IMG/VR virus record: IMGVR_UViG_3300027365_000007
DNA: 64,000 nucleotides
Direction: 5' to 3' (one strand)
Source: a virus
Lineage: Duplodnaviria; Caudoviricetes
Part shown: piece after piece, positions 26,990-37,118 of the stretch
Position numbering within the stretch: the first letter of the stretch is position 1
Layout of the letters: every line of letters begins with the position of its first letter
The notes under the pieces: model-generated
The model's input: the letters and a program-made list of their open reading frames with translations, nothing else
The model's database searches: none
What the model was told of the DNA's origin: nothing
Made by a program: the position numbers and the translations under genes

Positions 26990-28188
26990 ATTTCATCTAT
27001 ACGTTTTTCATAATCATGTATTTCTTGAAGCATATGGTTATAAAATTCCTTATAGGAATCAGTACAATAATCTTGGCCTGCATAATGGGATGGTACAAAT
27101 GTCCCATTGATACAATGATCATACCATTGAGTAAATAAGTGAAAGTCTTTGACTCCTTCTATGTCCAAGTCCCCGGAGACAATCATTTTTCTATATATTC
27201 CTAGAGGGGCATAGTGTCTTTTATTATCAGATGAATTACTCTTCTGTCGAATAATATCATATACCATTTGTGTTTCATAGACCGAGAGGTCTATGTCTTC
27301 GTGATTTTTTTCGTAAAAATCATATAATGATATGAAATTATCTATTGTACTTTTGAAGTTATCCTCCCCCTCCAAAATATTCTCCATATATGAAATGATA
27401 CGATCCCTACTCAAGTCGTTATTATTCATTTGTAACTGATCAATAATAATACACACAAAATACTCGAAGTTATTCATTATATTGATCAGTTCTGCTTTTC
27501 TCTTGTCGTCATTGGGCAGAATTTTACCAATAGCATGGTCAATATCAACGTCGTTATCAGTAAAGCGATTTTTGGCTTCAAAAATATATTTTATAAACAT
27601 ATTCGAAGCACTACTTTTAAACATGTCGCTTTTCTTCTCATGAAATGAAACGTCCTGATATACAAGTTCATCATCTTCAAAGAAGGGATGTTGATACTCA
27701 AAGGTACCTGAAAGAATTCGATCATAGATAGACTTTTTGATGACAAAAGGGTGCACCATCATAGGAGTATTTTGAGGTGTGATAACAGTTTCATCGTTTT
27801 CAAATTCAATATCTTCAAGGTAGTTATTATATACATTTCGAACATATAGGTACTGCTCATGCATGTAATGGAAAATGGTATCTATGTTTAAGTTAGCCTT
27901 GGTCATTGGTGTATCAGTGTTGACTATATGTTTTTGGTTTTTAACTACCATAGCATAATCATCCAAGAACTCATTAACATATTCTCTTGTCTTTTCTGGA
28001 ATGTTAAAAACGCACTGTCCGTAGTCATCATATACTCCATCCATGAGGAATGGAAACAGAAGACTATACTGTGTACAAGCCCCAATCATGTTATATGTAT
28101 GGTTTTTAACCAAAAAACCAACCTTTACGTCATCGTCGTACTCAATTGGTGTGTTACTTATTGAACATGAAATGCTAAAACTTCCCAT
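26986..28188 (-). CDS. Hypothetical protein (400 aa)
   Basis: Long ORF; MGSFSISCSISNTPI...GVYDDYG. Confidence 0.75.
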   Translation of the reverse strand: MGSFSISCSISNTPIEYDDDVKVGFLVKNHTYNMIGACTQYSLLFPFLMDGVYDDYGQCVFNIPEKTREYVNEFLDDYAMVVKNQKHIVNTDTPMTKANLNIDTIFHYMHEQYLYVRNVYNNYLEDIEFENDETVITPQNTPMMVHPFVIKKSIYDRILSGTFEYQHPFFEDDELVYQDVSFHEKKSDMFKSSASNMFIKYIFEAKNRFTDNDVDIDHAIGKILPNDDKRKAELINIMNNFEYFVCIIIDQLQMNNNDLSRDRIISYMENILEGEDNFKSTIDNFISLYDFYEKNHEDIDLSVYETQMVYDIIRQKSNSSDNKRHYAPLGIYRKMIVSGDLDIEGVKDFHLFTQWYDHCINGTFVPSHYAGQDYCTDSYKEFYNHMLQEIHDYEKRIDEM

Positions 28189-28196
28189 AAATTATA

Positions 28197-28397
28197 TCAC
28201 TCTTTGTCTGTTTCATTCTTAGGAGAATACAGTCCTTCTTGTAGACGAAGACGTGCATAATCCGAACATATTTTCTTAATTGTGGATGCTTTTACATTAC
28301 CAATTAGCATAGTATCATCGTCATGTGTGCCTGCACACGACCTTAACATCAACGCAGCATTATAAAGTTCATACGACTCATCATCATACTTGTGCAT
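28197..28397 (-). CDS. Hypothetical protein (66 aa)
   Basis: ORF in operon. Confidence 0.55.
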   Translation of the reverse strand: MHKYDDESYELYNAALMLRSCAGTHDDDTMLIGNVKASTIKKICSDYARLRLQEGLYSPKNETDKE

Positions 28398-28400
28398 ATA

Positions 28401-28934
28401 TCAATCCTTCATGTCGTATCGTAATTGTTCTAGGATATCAATTACCCATTCGCCGTTTGCTTCAACTTTCTTTCCATCATACACGTAGTAATGAGTGAGG
28501 GGGATAGTTATATCATTCCATAATGGTTGATCTTTTAACCATTCTTTATGATCGTATATTTTTCGAACAATCGCTTTTTTAAATCTGTTTCGATCAATTT
28601 TGGAATTAGCTACAGGTAAGGAACGACCATATCGTTTTGCCTCAATGCCATATAAACTTCTTAACCCTTCGTCATAGGTTTTAAGCCAATACCAATACCC
28701 TTCTAGGGATTCGAAGTCACCATCAGGGGTTTTAACGGGCGTATGTGCAAAATTAGAAAGGAACCTTCCCAACTCTGTTCTACCCCTTGAATACACGTTT
28801 ATATGAGTGTATCCATCATCTTCGGGATTAACCTCTAACATAGTAATGATACACCGTACTCCATCGATTTGACATACCCATGTTATAGATAATTTCTTCA
28901 GCAAGTTTTTCAGGTACTTTATTACGCTGTACAC
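28401..28934 (-). CDS. NADAR-superfamily protein (T4 gp30.3-like)
   Basis: INVYSRG...LGRFLSNFAHTP...FESLEGYWY...AKRYG. Confidence 0.65.
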   Translation of the reverse strand: MYSVIKYLKNLLKKLSITWVCQIDGVRCIITMLEVNPEDDGYTHINVYSRGRTELGRFLSNFAHTPVKTPDGDFESLEGYWYWLKTYDEGLRSLYGIEAKRYGRSLPVANSKIDRNRFKKAIVRKIYDHKEWLKDQPLWNDITIPLTHYYVYDGKKVEANGEWVIDILEQLRYDMKD

Positions 28935-29163
28935 ATTCTAGATTACATAGCTTTTCAATAATTTCGTTTTTTGAGAATGTGTTACCCACTTCAAGAAGAA
29001 TGGCAAATTTTTCAAACACATCATGTATTTCATTAAATTCTTCTTGGCTGATATTGTTATCATGTATGGTTCGGATAATAGGCATGTTACTATCCGAAAC
29101 CAGCAAGTCCACCGTATGTTCAAGTTTTGCAATTTTATCTTTAAGTTCTTCGATCTCGTTCAT
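28828..29163 (-). CDS. Hypothetical protein
   Basis: ORF in operon; 3' overlap with the next ORF makes boundaries uncertain. Confidence 0.5.
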   Translation of the reverse strand: MNEIEELKDKIAKLEHTVDLLVSDSNMPIIRTIHDNNISQEEFNEIHDVFEKFAILLEVGNTFSKNEIIEKLCNLECVQRNKVPEKLAEEIIYNMGMSNRWSTVYHYYVRG

Positions 29164-31379
29164 ACCATCCACTTTTTGTTAAAGTCTTCAATATCCTGTG
29201 TTACAGAATTGTCGATAACAACGTCCGCATCTTCAGGTGTATCTGCGATTTTCATGTTGTTAGCTTTCGCCAAAATTTCAAAGTAATCCCACATTTTCAT
29301 ATGGGCTTTGTTCACATTCAAAATATGTTTGATCTGAATGTCAATACTTTTTGAGCGTGACGACAAATTAGAACTAGTAATGTTATGTTCCGGCATGTCT
29401 GCCCAATACATCACATTTCTATCGATATCATAGATAGTACACAAAACGGCTCTAGCATTACATGTCAAGTCAAAGCGGTCAGTGATGGTCTTAGGATCAT
29501 ATACCTTATTATCACCTTTGCTATTATTACACATAAAGCCTGTATAAGCTTCAAATTCATCCAGCTTCTGAGACGAAAAAACGTTAACATAGGTCACTAC
29601 GTATTTTGCACCATTGTTCGAACGCTTAAGCTTGTCAATGTCTACATCCACGAACTCACTAGCACCATTTGGCGCACTAGTTATATCGCCTGAATGAGTA
29701 GAATACTTCCCATGTGTAGAGTAGTATGAACACTCTTCGACGTATCCAAGTCCTTCATCATAGATTTTAATAGACAGATCTAAATCTACGCAACCCGATA
29801 TATCGTTTTCTTTCCAGTATGTGAAAAAACGAATGTAACCAGTATCATCAAGATTAATACTTGACCCACGCTCAGCTTTAAACATACTGTCCTTCATTGA
29901 ACGAAGCTTCAATGGCATAATTCGATTTTTCAGCACTGGATCGATATAAATGGTTTTACCACTAATATCATTGTTCTTTAGTTTATTAGCGATGACGTTA
30001 TCAATACTTGCGATGATTTTCTCACAATTCTCGTCTGAAATATCTTCACGGGTTTCTTCAATAAGATTCAAGAATCCATTTACGTTAATGTATACGCGTT
30101 CGGATTCATAGTGATGAATCCGCATACTGAAGTTATCTCGTGCGGAGATCAACACTCGCATTGAGGCGTCATGTCCACAAGTTTCGAACTTTGATAGAAT
30201 AGTTTCAATGGATTCAGGAAACTTTCGACAGATACTATCCAAGTTTCTTACAAAAATACCCGGACGAGATACCACAAGATCCAACACCTTCGAAAGATCC
30301 TTATCTTCAATAAGTGCTTTCTGTAATTTACCATCAAACGTCTTGATAGTGTTTGCATGGTTCAATACAGTATCAACAGCCTTAAATGCATTCGGGTATT
30401 TCTTTCGAAACGTACCGAAGTGTACAGACATATTCAAGGCAACCCATTTTTCACGCTTCTTAACCATATCTTCGTATGGGTTGCTGATATGGTTAAGGCT
30501 TTTTGCAACAAACTTACGGCACTTGTTATTAAGTTTAAATTTACCATCGGGATTGTCTGATAATTGATTCAGTTGTTCCGCAATGCGCATCACATCATTT
30601 GCAGTTTTGATAAAACCTTTAGTCATATCATAAACTTCATTGTATGCACGAGTTTTTAGAAGCTCATTGACAACGATTGATACAGTTTCCTTGAAGGGAA
30701 TTTCGCCTGAAAAAACATAGCTTGTTTCTTCTTCATCCATCTCTACTAAAGCGTTTTTAAAAAACTCGATCTGAAGAAGAGTCATGCCATTACGAGATTC
30801 CACACAACTCTTTACGAGTTCTACGATATCAGAACGATTAAACAAATTAATAGCTTTAGGTGTGTGATTAATACGCGAACAATCAACACTTTCAAGCAAA
30901 TCTACTTCACTAACATCACCTGCACACTGAGGACATTGGCCTTCTGACATGTATCCGACGACAACATGACCACATGGATACGTGTCATGATCGGTCAACA
31001 CATCCATATCACCAGAAGTACTGTTGAGCAGATCTAGTAGACGAGCATTGATTGACTTTGAATTTCCATGCACCAATGTACTCTGTGGTACTGAATTCGG
31101 AAAGTTTCTGTATAGTGGACGCATCCTAACATTAACACCCACCATGTCTGATAGTGTTTCGAATGTATTGTCTACCAATGATTTAAATTCATTCTCAGGT
31201 AGTGTTTTAATGGCGCTTCTTGCTTCTTCTGACAAATAAAAGCCCATCAGAATAAGCTCATGATTGAATGCATCAATCAGTGTGTCGTCGATATGACACA
31301 CTGGATCGGTACCATCAATGTAAATGTTTTGATTGCTTCTGAGTGCAATCCAAATAAAAGTTTTATTTGTCACGTTCAT
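29160..31379 (-). CDS. Large helical-repeat protein with C-terminal TerD-like domain
   Basis: FFTYWKE...DLDLS...HSGDITSAPNGASEFVDVDI; N-terminal CGH...CPQC. Confidence 0.7.
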   Translation of the reverse strand: MNVTNKTFIWIALRSNQNIYIDGTDPVCHIDDTLIDAFNHELILMGFYLSEEARSAIKTLPENEFKSLVDNTFETLSDMVGVNVRMRPLYRNFPNSVPQSTLVHGNSKSINARLLDLLNSTSGDMDVLTDHDTYPCGHVVVGYMSEGQCPQCAGDVSEVDLLESVDCSRINHTPKAINLFNRSDIVELVKSCVESRNGMTLLQIEFFKNALVEMDEEETSYVFSGEIPFKETVSIVVNELLKTRAYNEVYDMTKGFIKTANDVMRIAEQLNQLSDNPDGKFKLNNKCRKFVAKSLNHISNPYEDMVKKREKWVALNMSVHFGTFRKKYPNAFKAVDTVLNHANTIKTFDGKLQKALIEDKDLSKVLDLVVSRPGIFVRNLDSICRKFPESIETILSKFETCGHDASMRVLISARDNFSMRIHHYESERVYINVNGFLNLIEETREDISDENCEKIIASIDNVIANKLKNNDISGKTIYIDPVLKNRIMPLKLRSMKDSMFKAERGSSINLDDTGYIRFFTYWKENDISGCVDLDLSIKIYDEGLGYVEECSYYSTHGKYSTHSGDITSAPNGASEFVDVDIDKLKRSNNGAKYVVTYVNVFSSQKLDEFEAYTGFMCNNSKGDNKVYDPKTITDRFDLTCNARAVLCTIYDIDRNVMYWADMPEHNITSSNLSSRSKSIDIQIKHILNVNKAHMKMWDYFEILAKANNMKIADTPEDADVVIDNSVTQDIEDFNKKWMV

Positions 31380-31870
31380 ACATTTTCACCATTAGTATAT
31401 TCGTACTCACTCATCTTATCAGTAAGGAACATATAAGAGCGTTGATATTTAATCATGCGCTTAACGTCCTTATCACTAATACCTTTGAGGCGTGAGATAT
31501 TGGAATTATCTTTCAAATCTGCAATTTTAACTTTAATACAGTCAGGATTACTCTTTACACCAAGAATGTACTTAATGTAACTATCATCAGCATCGTGTGT
31601 CAGAAGTTTGAGAGCATCAATCACCCGTGGTGAGAACCCCATATTAATTAAATCTTTCAATGTAATATCAGTATCCTCAACCACATCATGAAGAACCGCA
31701 ATCTGTTGAAGCTCCGGGTCATCATCAGGCATAGCTGACATAACACGAATAAGGTGTAGAGTATAAGGCTTACCACCCTTATCAAGTACGCCATTGAATT
31801 TTTCAGCGGCGAGGGCAATTGCTTTTGATAACATTTCCCACTGATTATGAACACTATGAGACATATTCAA
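31376..31870 (-). CDS. Stand-alone RelA/SpoT-type HD hydrolase (Mesh1/SAH-like)
   Basis: DKGGKPY..H...AVLHDVVEDT...VKIADLKDN. Confidence 0.85.
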   Translation of the reverse strand: MNMSHSVHNQWEMLSKAIALAAEKFNGVLDKGGKPYTLHLIRVMSAMPDDDPELQQIAVLHDVVEDTDITLKDLINMGFSPRVIDALKLLTHDADDSYIKYILGVKSNPDCIKVKIADLKDNSNISRLKGISDKDVKRMIKYQRSYMFLTDKMSEYEYTNGENV

Positions 31871-31922
31871 TTTCCTTTATGTTTTAGACTATATCTTACT
31901 ATACCATTTGAAGACAAGAGTT

Positions 31923-32603
31923 TCAAGCCTTACCATGGCGTTCCCGCCAACTTTCTACAACATCGCGATTATTTTTCTTACGTAAATAAAGCTTGGTCCG
32001 AATCTTTTTATCAAGATAAAGATATAGATATAATGCTGCACCAACCATAGCACCTATGATATGCGTGATAATACTGACATTCAACGGCAACAATAACAGA
32101 ACTACGTGCATAACGACAAGATAAATGGCGAGACCTTTATATCCACGAACTTTATTAAGGATACCAAAAGTTATATACGCCATTACGACACCAGAATATC
32201 CAACAACAGGTTGTGTTGAAAGTAGAGTCACAAGGGGTCCAATGACGAAGGCTGAGCCAATGTACAAAAACCACAAAACCCATTGCTTCGTGTGGAATTT
32301 ATACCGAAGCTCATTGGTTACAATAAAGAAGCAAAGCATGTTCATAACAAAATGAACAACGCCTGCATGTACAAAATTACCCACAAACCATGATATTTCA
32401 GTCATACCAGCGGGATTATTCATTGCAAGCATCGGTATTAGGTTCGGATTAACCAATGTAGCAATAAGGAAGATTGTATTAATCGCCAATGCTATAATTA
32501 CTGGCCAATTGTACGTACTGAATTTGTGATAGTACGGTTTTTTAAGTCGTATCTTATAGCTTTTTTTACTATTCGTTCCAATATCATACATTGTATTCAC
32601 CAT
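31923..32603 (-). CDS. Rhomboid intramembrane serine protease
   Basis: FVHAG..HF..NM, catalytic GYSG, and His in THIIG. Confidence 0.82.
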   Translation of the reverse strand: MVNTMYDIGTNSKKSYKIRLKKPYYHKFSTYNWPVIIALAINTIFLIATLVNPNLIPMLAMNNPAGMTEISWFVGNFVHAGVVHFVMNMLCFFIVTNELRYKFHTKQWVLWFLYIGSAFVIGPLVTLLSTQPVVGYSGVVMAYITFGILNKVRGYKGLAIYLVVMHVVLLLLPLNVSIITHIIGAMVGAALYLYLYLDKKIRTKLYLRKKNNRDVVESWRERHGKA

Positions 32604-33115
32604 AAATTAAAGAGTTCATGAACCATGTCCATGTGTTTTTCGTTGTACAAATTCAAAACTGGTATTTCAAAGATAGATGCTATTCTAATTGCTGTTGCTG
32701 TTCCACCTGTTTTATTAGTGCAGGTTTCTTGATTATATGCACCATCTGGTGTCCAACATATTACCACGTCTGATCTATTACTTTCAAGCAATTCTACACC
32801 GAATACTTGAAAGACGTTTCGAGTATGTAGCAATTTAGCACCGTGCGACAATCTATTAAATGCAGGATGGACAGTACTAATGATACTTTCCGCCGCTTTA
32901 ACCAATGTTGGATTAATTGAGCTTAATGGTATACCATGGGATGAAAAATTGCGCCAAGGTAGATATATTTCCAAGTTATTAGTAGTCTGCTCGAAAGCAG
33001 TATCACAACCACTAGCACCACCGCTACGTACCACATGATCTTGTAAAGGCAAGGTCGTTATAAAGTCATATATTTCTCTCGGTACTTTACGGCTTCCAAT
33101 GCCTGTTATTATCAT
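32597..33115 (-). CDS. SLOG/DprA-like protein
   Basis: ITGIGSRKVP, RSGGASGCDTAFE, GGTATAIRIA. Confidence 0.75.
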   Translation of the reverse strand: MIITGIGSRKVPREIYDFITTLPLQDHVVRSGGASGCDTAFEQTTNNLEIYLPWRNFSSHGIPLSSINPTLVKAAESIISTVHPAFNRLSHGAKLLHTRNVFQVFGVELLESNRSDVVICWTPDGAYNQETCTNKTGGTATAIRIASIFEIPVLNLYNEKHMDMVHELFNLW

Positions 33116-33417
33116 TGATAGTATACTTCCTTAGAAACGAAAATCTTAAAATTACAATTACGAACCATGATTCCATCTTTTAGATCGGCCCGTTCTAAAT
33201 AATTTTTTAAATTTTCATCACTACAATGCGATACCGTGAAGAACTCTTCGCCGTTTTCTTCAATTTCATCAATATTATTATCAATGTCATTATAGAGAAG
33301 ATATTTCATAGACTCGGCATCTTCGTTAGATTTGAAAATACCAATGCAATAAAATAATACATCATCGTCAGTATCTTCGATGACATACACACCCCATACA
33401 TTTCTAAAGCTAACCAT
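33112..33417 (-). CDS. Hypothetical acidic protein
   Basis: ORF in operon. Confidence 0.6.
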   Translation of the reverse strand: MVSFRNVWGVYVIEDTDDDVLFYCIGIFKSNEDAESMKYLLYNDIDNNIDEIEENGEEFFTVSHCSDENLKNYLERADLKDGIMVRNCNFKIFVSKEVYYQ

Positions 33418-33429
33418 ATTGTATTATCC

Positions 33430-34242
33430 TCATGTCCATAACGATGTACGAATATTAAGAAGCCGTCTTAACATTTTTTCATCGTCCTTCTCAAACTCAT
33501 CTTCAAGATTATTCATTCGATCTAAACTTTCATGCAACTTCTTGTAATCATCTGGGTGATCTAGTGCAAATCTTGCATCTAGTATCAGCGCCCCTGAATA
33601 CTTTTTATTATATGTAACCCATGGTTCTTGGGACATATCTAATCGCTCTGACTCAGCTACGTCTTCCCTTTCATCTAGAATCTCAGTATACCACATATAC
33701 AATGCAAACAGTTCCGTATAAAAATCTTTGTTTTCATCATCATCATTAGTGCGCTCTATGATATGGTGTAAGCCCAGTTCCTTTGAGCGAAAGAATGCTT
33801 CTGCTATACCAAATACATCAAAATTATTATTCAACCATAGTCGCTTTTTGTATGCCTCATACAATGGATGGTCCTTGTCCATTGAAATAAATTCCAACCA
33901 AGCCAACTCTATTTCAACATAATCAACGACTAAAGCAAACATGGCATGTAGCATTCTCACATCTGCATCATAGTATCCGGGCGGTAAGGTAGTTTTCACA
34001 ACATGCAAACGTTGTGTTGTACGATACCTAACCCAATCCTTGACCTTATCTAAATGAGGTTTTATACATGCATGATAGTCCCTAGCAAAAAACATATCAT
34101 AAAGGTACGATATTCTATTTGGAATTATACGAAATAGTACAAACCTGAATTTATGATCCTTTTTATATTCATGCAAACTACTGTACTCGGGCTCAAGTTT
34201 CCTTAAGCCCTTAAGTACTAGCTTACTAATTTCTTCAATCAT
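33430..34242 (-). CDS. Hypothetical protein (270 aa)
   Basis: Long ORF in operon. Confidence 0.7.
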   Translation of the reverse strand: MIEEISKLVLKGLRKLEPEYSSLHEYKKDHKFRFVLFRIIPNRISYLYDMFFARDYHACIKPHLDKVKDWVRYRTTQRLHVVKTTLPPGYYDADVRMLHAMFALVVDYVEIELAWLEFISMDKDHPLYEAYKKRLWLNNNFDVFGIAEAFFRSKELGLHHIIERTNDDDENKDFYTELFALYMWYTEILDEREDVAESERLDMSQEPWVTYNKKYSGALILDARFALDHPDDYKKLHESLDRMNNLEDEFEKDDEKMLRRLLNIRTSLWT

Positions 34243-35023
34243 GATCTACCAGCCTACTACCTAACGAAAGATTTTTGATTTCATTAAACGACAAGTTTTT
34301 AAATGCATTACATTTAATCTTGTGTCGTGTATATTCACGCGATTGAGGCTTTTTACCATCTGGGATTTTTGCCCAAATATGATCAGGAATCACATTATTT
34401 TCAAGACGCTTATATACATAAACACCATATTTGAAATCGTCTGGAAATTCATCCCAAACAACAGCACACTGATCTTCGAGCATTTCGATAACATCTTCCC
34501 GACTTCTCTTATGCATCTGCTTTTTATTCAGGAAGTGATGACCGACCATAGATACCGAGTTACGAACACAATCATGCTGACGCCATAGAATAGAATTAAC
34601 GGCTTCGTTATAATCAGGGACGTTGAATACTCTGGCATCAAAGTGTGGTACACTTTTTGAAACATGCTCTGGCCATACTTTCATAGCTTCAATAACAAAT
34701 TTCGATGTAGCTGTCGCTGATAAAACACTGACCAACTTCTGAATCTTAGCATCGAAAAATAGGTCTGGCTTAGGCACAATAATTGAAATCTCATCACTTT
34801 GGGTATATGCCAAGCATCCATCACATTCCTTCATGACATGTTCGGCGGTTCGGGTCATAACATGTCTAAAGTCTTCGTCATACGGACGTTTAAAGTTTCG
34901 GGTGAAGTTACTAAACCCGCGTCCATCTAAACGAACAATGACTGGAAGATTTTTATCGAGCCGTTGTTCAGTTTGCTTCTTTTCGTACATTTTCATACGC
35001 TTAGCAAAATCGGTATTGTCCAT
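34235..35023 (-). CDS. thg1: tRNA(His) guanylyltransferase Thg1-like 3'-5' polymerase
   Basis: RMK.YE, VRLDGRGFS.FT, YTQSDEIS, FDARVF, WRQ.DC.RNS. Confidence 0.92.
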   Translation of the reverse strand: MDNTDFAKRMKMYEKKQTEQRLDKNLPVIVRLDGRGFSNFTRNFKRPYDEDFRHVMTRTAEHVMKECDGCLAYTQSDEISIIVPKPDLFFDAKIQKLVSVLSATATSKFVIEAMKVWPEHVSKSVPHFDARVFNVPDYNEAVNSILWRQHDCVRNSVSMVGHHFLNKKQMHKRSREDVIEMLEDQCAVVWDEFPDDFKYGVYVYKRLENNVIPDHIWAKIPDGKKPQSREYTRHKIKCNAFKNLSFNEIKNLSLGSRLVDHD

Positions 35024-35047
35024 TGCACTGTCCTTTTATATTATTCA

Positions 35048-35272
35048 TTAACCAAAGTTGATGTATGATGCTCGACTTAGGATATAGTCAATGACACCTT
35101 CATTGACGTATGCAAGAACACGTTCACCGTTAATGGTCTTGCACTGATAGTTCTCGTTGTCGATGACATGAACAACATTCTCGGCAAATTCAACTTCAAT
35201 TCTTTTACCATGCAGGCTTCCACCTACAACATTAACTTCATCATTAGACACTACAGTTTTAATATCTGACAT
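35048..35272 (-). CDS. Hypothetical protein (74 aa)
   Basis: RBS GAGGA; own promoter-like region upstream. Confidence 0.6.
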   Translation of the reverse strand: MSDIKTVVSNDEVNVVGGSLHGKRIEVEFAENVVHVIDNENYQCKTINGERVLAYVNEGVIDYILSRASYINFG

Positions 35273-35311
35273 AATGCTTCCTCATTCGTGTTTGTTCTAG
35301 TATACCAAAAA

Positions 35312-36376
35312 TCATTCAGAAAGCAAATCTTTAATGATATAATAATGATCTTCGAAAAACTGATCTCTCATTTTATCGATTTCGAACAGAGAAAACCACC
35401 CTGCATGTTCTTTTTGACTCTTCGTCTTACGTACTTTTGGGAAACCTTTTAGGCTTGTAACGTTATCTAGTTCAATAAGACCTGCATTAGTAATGATGCG
35501 TCCACGTAGTGATCGATTGGGATCATCATAGGTCTTTACCTTACGAACGTTTGAGCTGAGAATGTTTTCATGGACTTGAATATTGGTATCTTTTTTCAAG
35601 TTCTTAACGACACCTTCCTCAATGGTATCAACTTGGGCAAGAAAGCCCCCCGGCAAACAATAAAGGTCTTTCCCAACCGCGCCTTTTCTTTTAACAACCA
35701 ATACATAGCCTTTATAATAAACGACAGCATCTGTCGTTACGAACGTAGGTGGGAAAGGCGCAGCCTCCCATTGTGACTTTTGAAACATGACCGCTTCATA
35801 TTCTTCCTTGAGAGTTTCAAAGTCATAGCCTTTACGGTATGTATCATACCACTCTCCTTTTCTAAACTTATCATAAAGACTAGTCATATTGGGTGCGATA
35901 TGCAAAGAAATGTCTTCCATACCATAGAAGTCATGATAAAGCTCCTGACTGATGCCCATGTCTACCTTATTCACATTAAACATAGGTTCAGGGAAAATGT
36001 TTTCATAACGATGGTGTGATTCATTCGAAACATACACATTAAGCTCAAGATCTTTACGGTTCACACACAAGGTATTAAAGCGTTCATTCAATTTCGAATG
36101 AATATCTGTAATCCATTGTCGCTTATTGACAGGATTATCATTCAGAACACCGATGGAAAAATCTTCTTTTTCCAATCCACCATTGACTTCGATGGTTTTT
36201 AGAATATTATTTGCACGATCATTCTTGTCAAAGGGCATTGTATAGTCTTTAGAACGATCAGCCGAACATACGAAGATTAGTACGTGGTCGTTCTCATCCG
36301 ACGCCTTCCTAAGAACGTGGAAGATTTCGCGTGTTACAAAAGAGAACTTACTTACTACTATTCCGATCTTAGCCAT
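35312..36376 (-). CDS. NadM-Nudix (NMN adenylyltransferase / ADP-ribose pyrophosphatase) homologue with degenerate motifs
   Basis: PTFVTTDAVV, VLVVKR, LPGGF, DDPNRSLRGRIIT, FFEDHY are present; HxGH and the Nudix box are degenerate. Confidence 0.8.
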   Translation of the reverse strand: MAKIGIVVSKFSFVTREIFHVLRKASDENDHVLIFVCSADRSKDYTMPFDKNDRANNILKTIEVNGGLEKEDFSIGVLNDNPVNKRQWITDIHSKLNERFNTLCVNRKDLELNVYVSNESHHRYENIFPEPMFNVNKVDMGISQELYHDFYGMEDISLHIAPNMTSLYDKFRKGEWYDTYRKGYDFETLKEEYEAVMFQKSQWEAAPFPPTFVTTDAVVYYKGYVLVVKRKGAVGKDLYCLPGGFLAQVDTIEEGVVKNLKKDTNIQVHENILSSNVRKVKTYDDPNRSLRGRIITNAGLIELDNVTSLKGFPKVRKTKSQKEHAGWFSLFEIDKMRDQFFEDHYYIIKDLLSE

Positions 36377-36597
36377 TTATCACTATCCCTTTTCATTATT
36401 AATCTTTCTTTACGATATAAATATACTACCACAGCCACATAGCATAATGCAACTATAATATGAATAAATGGGAGTTTTGATAATACAATAGAAAACGCCA
36501 CTTTTGTAGCTATAAAAGCGGTACTGTATAATGCTATGATGTAAAATGCGCCTATAAAGGCGCATATCAGAAAAGTCTCAATCTTTTTGTTCATCAA
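36358..36597 (-). CDS. Small two-TM membrane protein
   Basis: Two hydrophobic segments. Confidence 0.6.
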   Translation of the reverse strand: MMNKKIETFLICAFIGAFYIIALYSTAFIATKVAFSIVLSKLPFIHIIVALCYVAVVVYLYRKERLIMKRDSDKWLRSE

Positions 36598-36617
36598 CTG
36601 TTAATCTCACAAGGTTG

Positions 36618-37118
36618 TCATGGATACTTTTTAAAAATATTCCTAACAATATCAATATTCATAAAATATGTTCTATTAAATTTATCAAAAATTCTGTTTA
36701 AGAAACTGGGATGTATGCAATCACGAAATACATGAAGCTGTAATATTTTACTATCTTTATATGTTTCATCTATATTAAAGCTGTTTTTCAGACCCATATT
36801 CATGTAAAATATAAACGTTTTTGTGGGTATTACATCATTGTTATCCCATATAGATGTTGTACTTACACCATCATTGCATGGTAGGTTCATACTGATAATA
36901 AAACTACATGTTTCGCACACCCCTCCATTATACTTCATCTCATAATTCATGATAGAGGCTAAGGACCGCTCATCATTTAGAACAATACCATTCTCAATCA
37001 TATAGTGTTTGAAATCATACGATTGGACATCCTTCATATAGTGGACTAAGGACGTTATGATATCAATTTCATTTTCTTCAGATGTATAGGGGTAAACGAC
37101 AATAGACTTACTCTTCAT
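36618..37118 (-). CDS. Hypothetical protein (166 aa)
   Basis: ORF in operon. Confidence 0.6.
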   Translation of the reverse strand: MKSKSIVVYPYTSEENEIDIITSLVHYMKDVQSYDFKHYMIENGIVLNDERSLASIMNYEMKYNGGVCETCSFIISMNLPCNDGVSTTSIWDNNDVIPTKTFIFYMNMGLKNSFNIDETYKDSKILQLHVFRDCIHPSFLNRIFDKFNRTYFMNIDIVRNIFKKYP

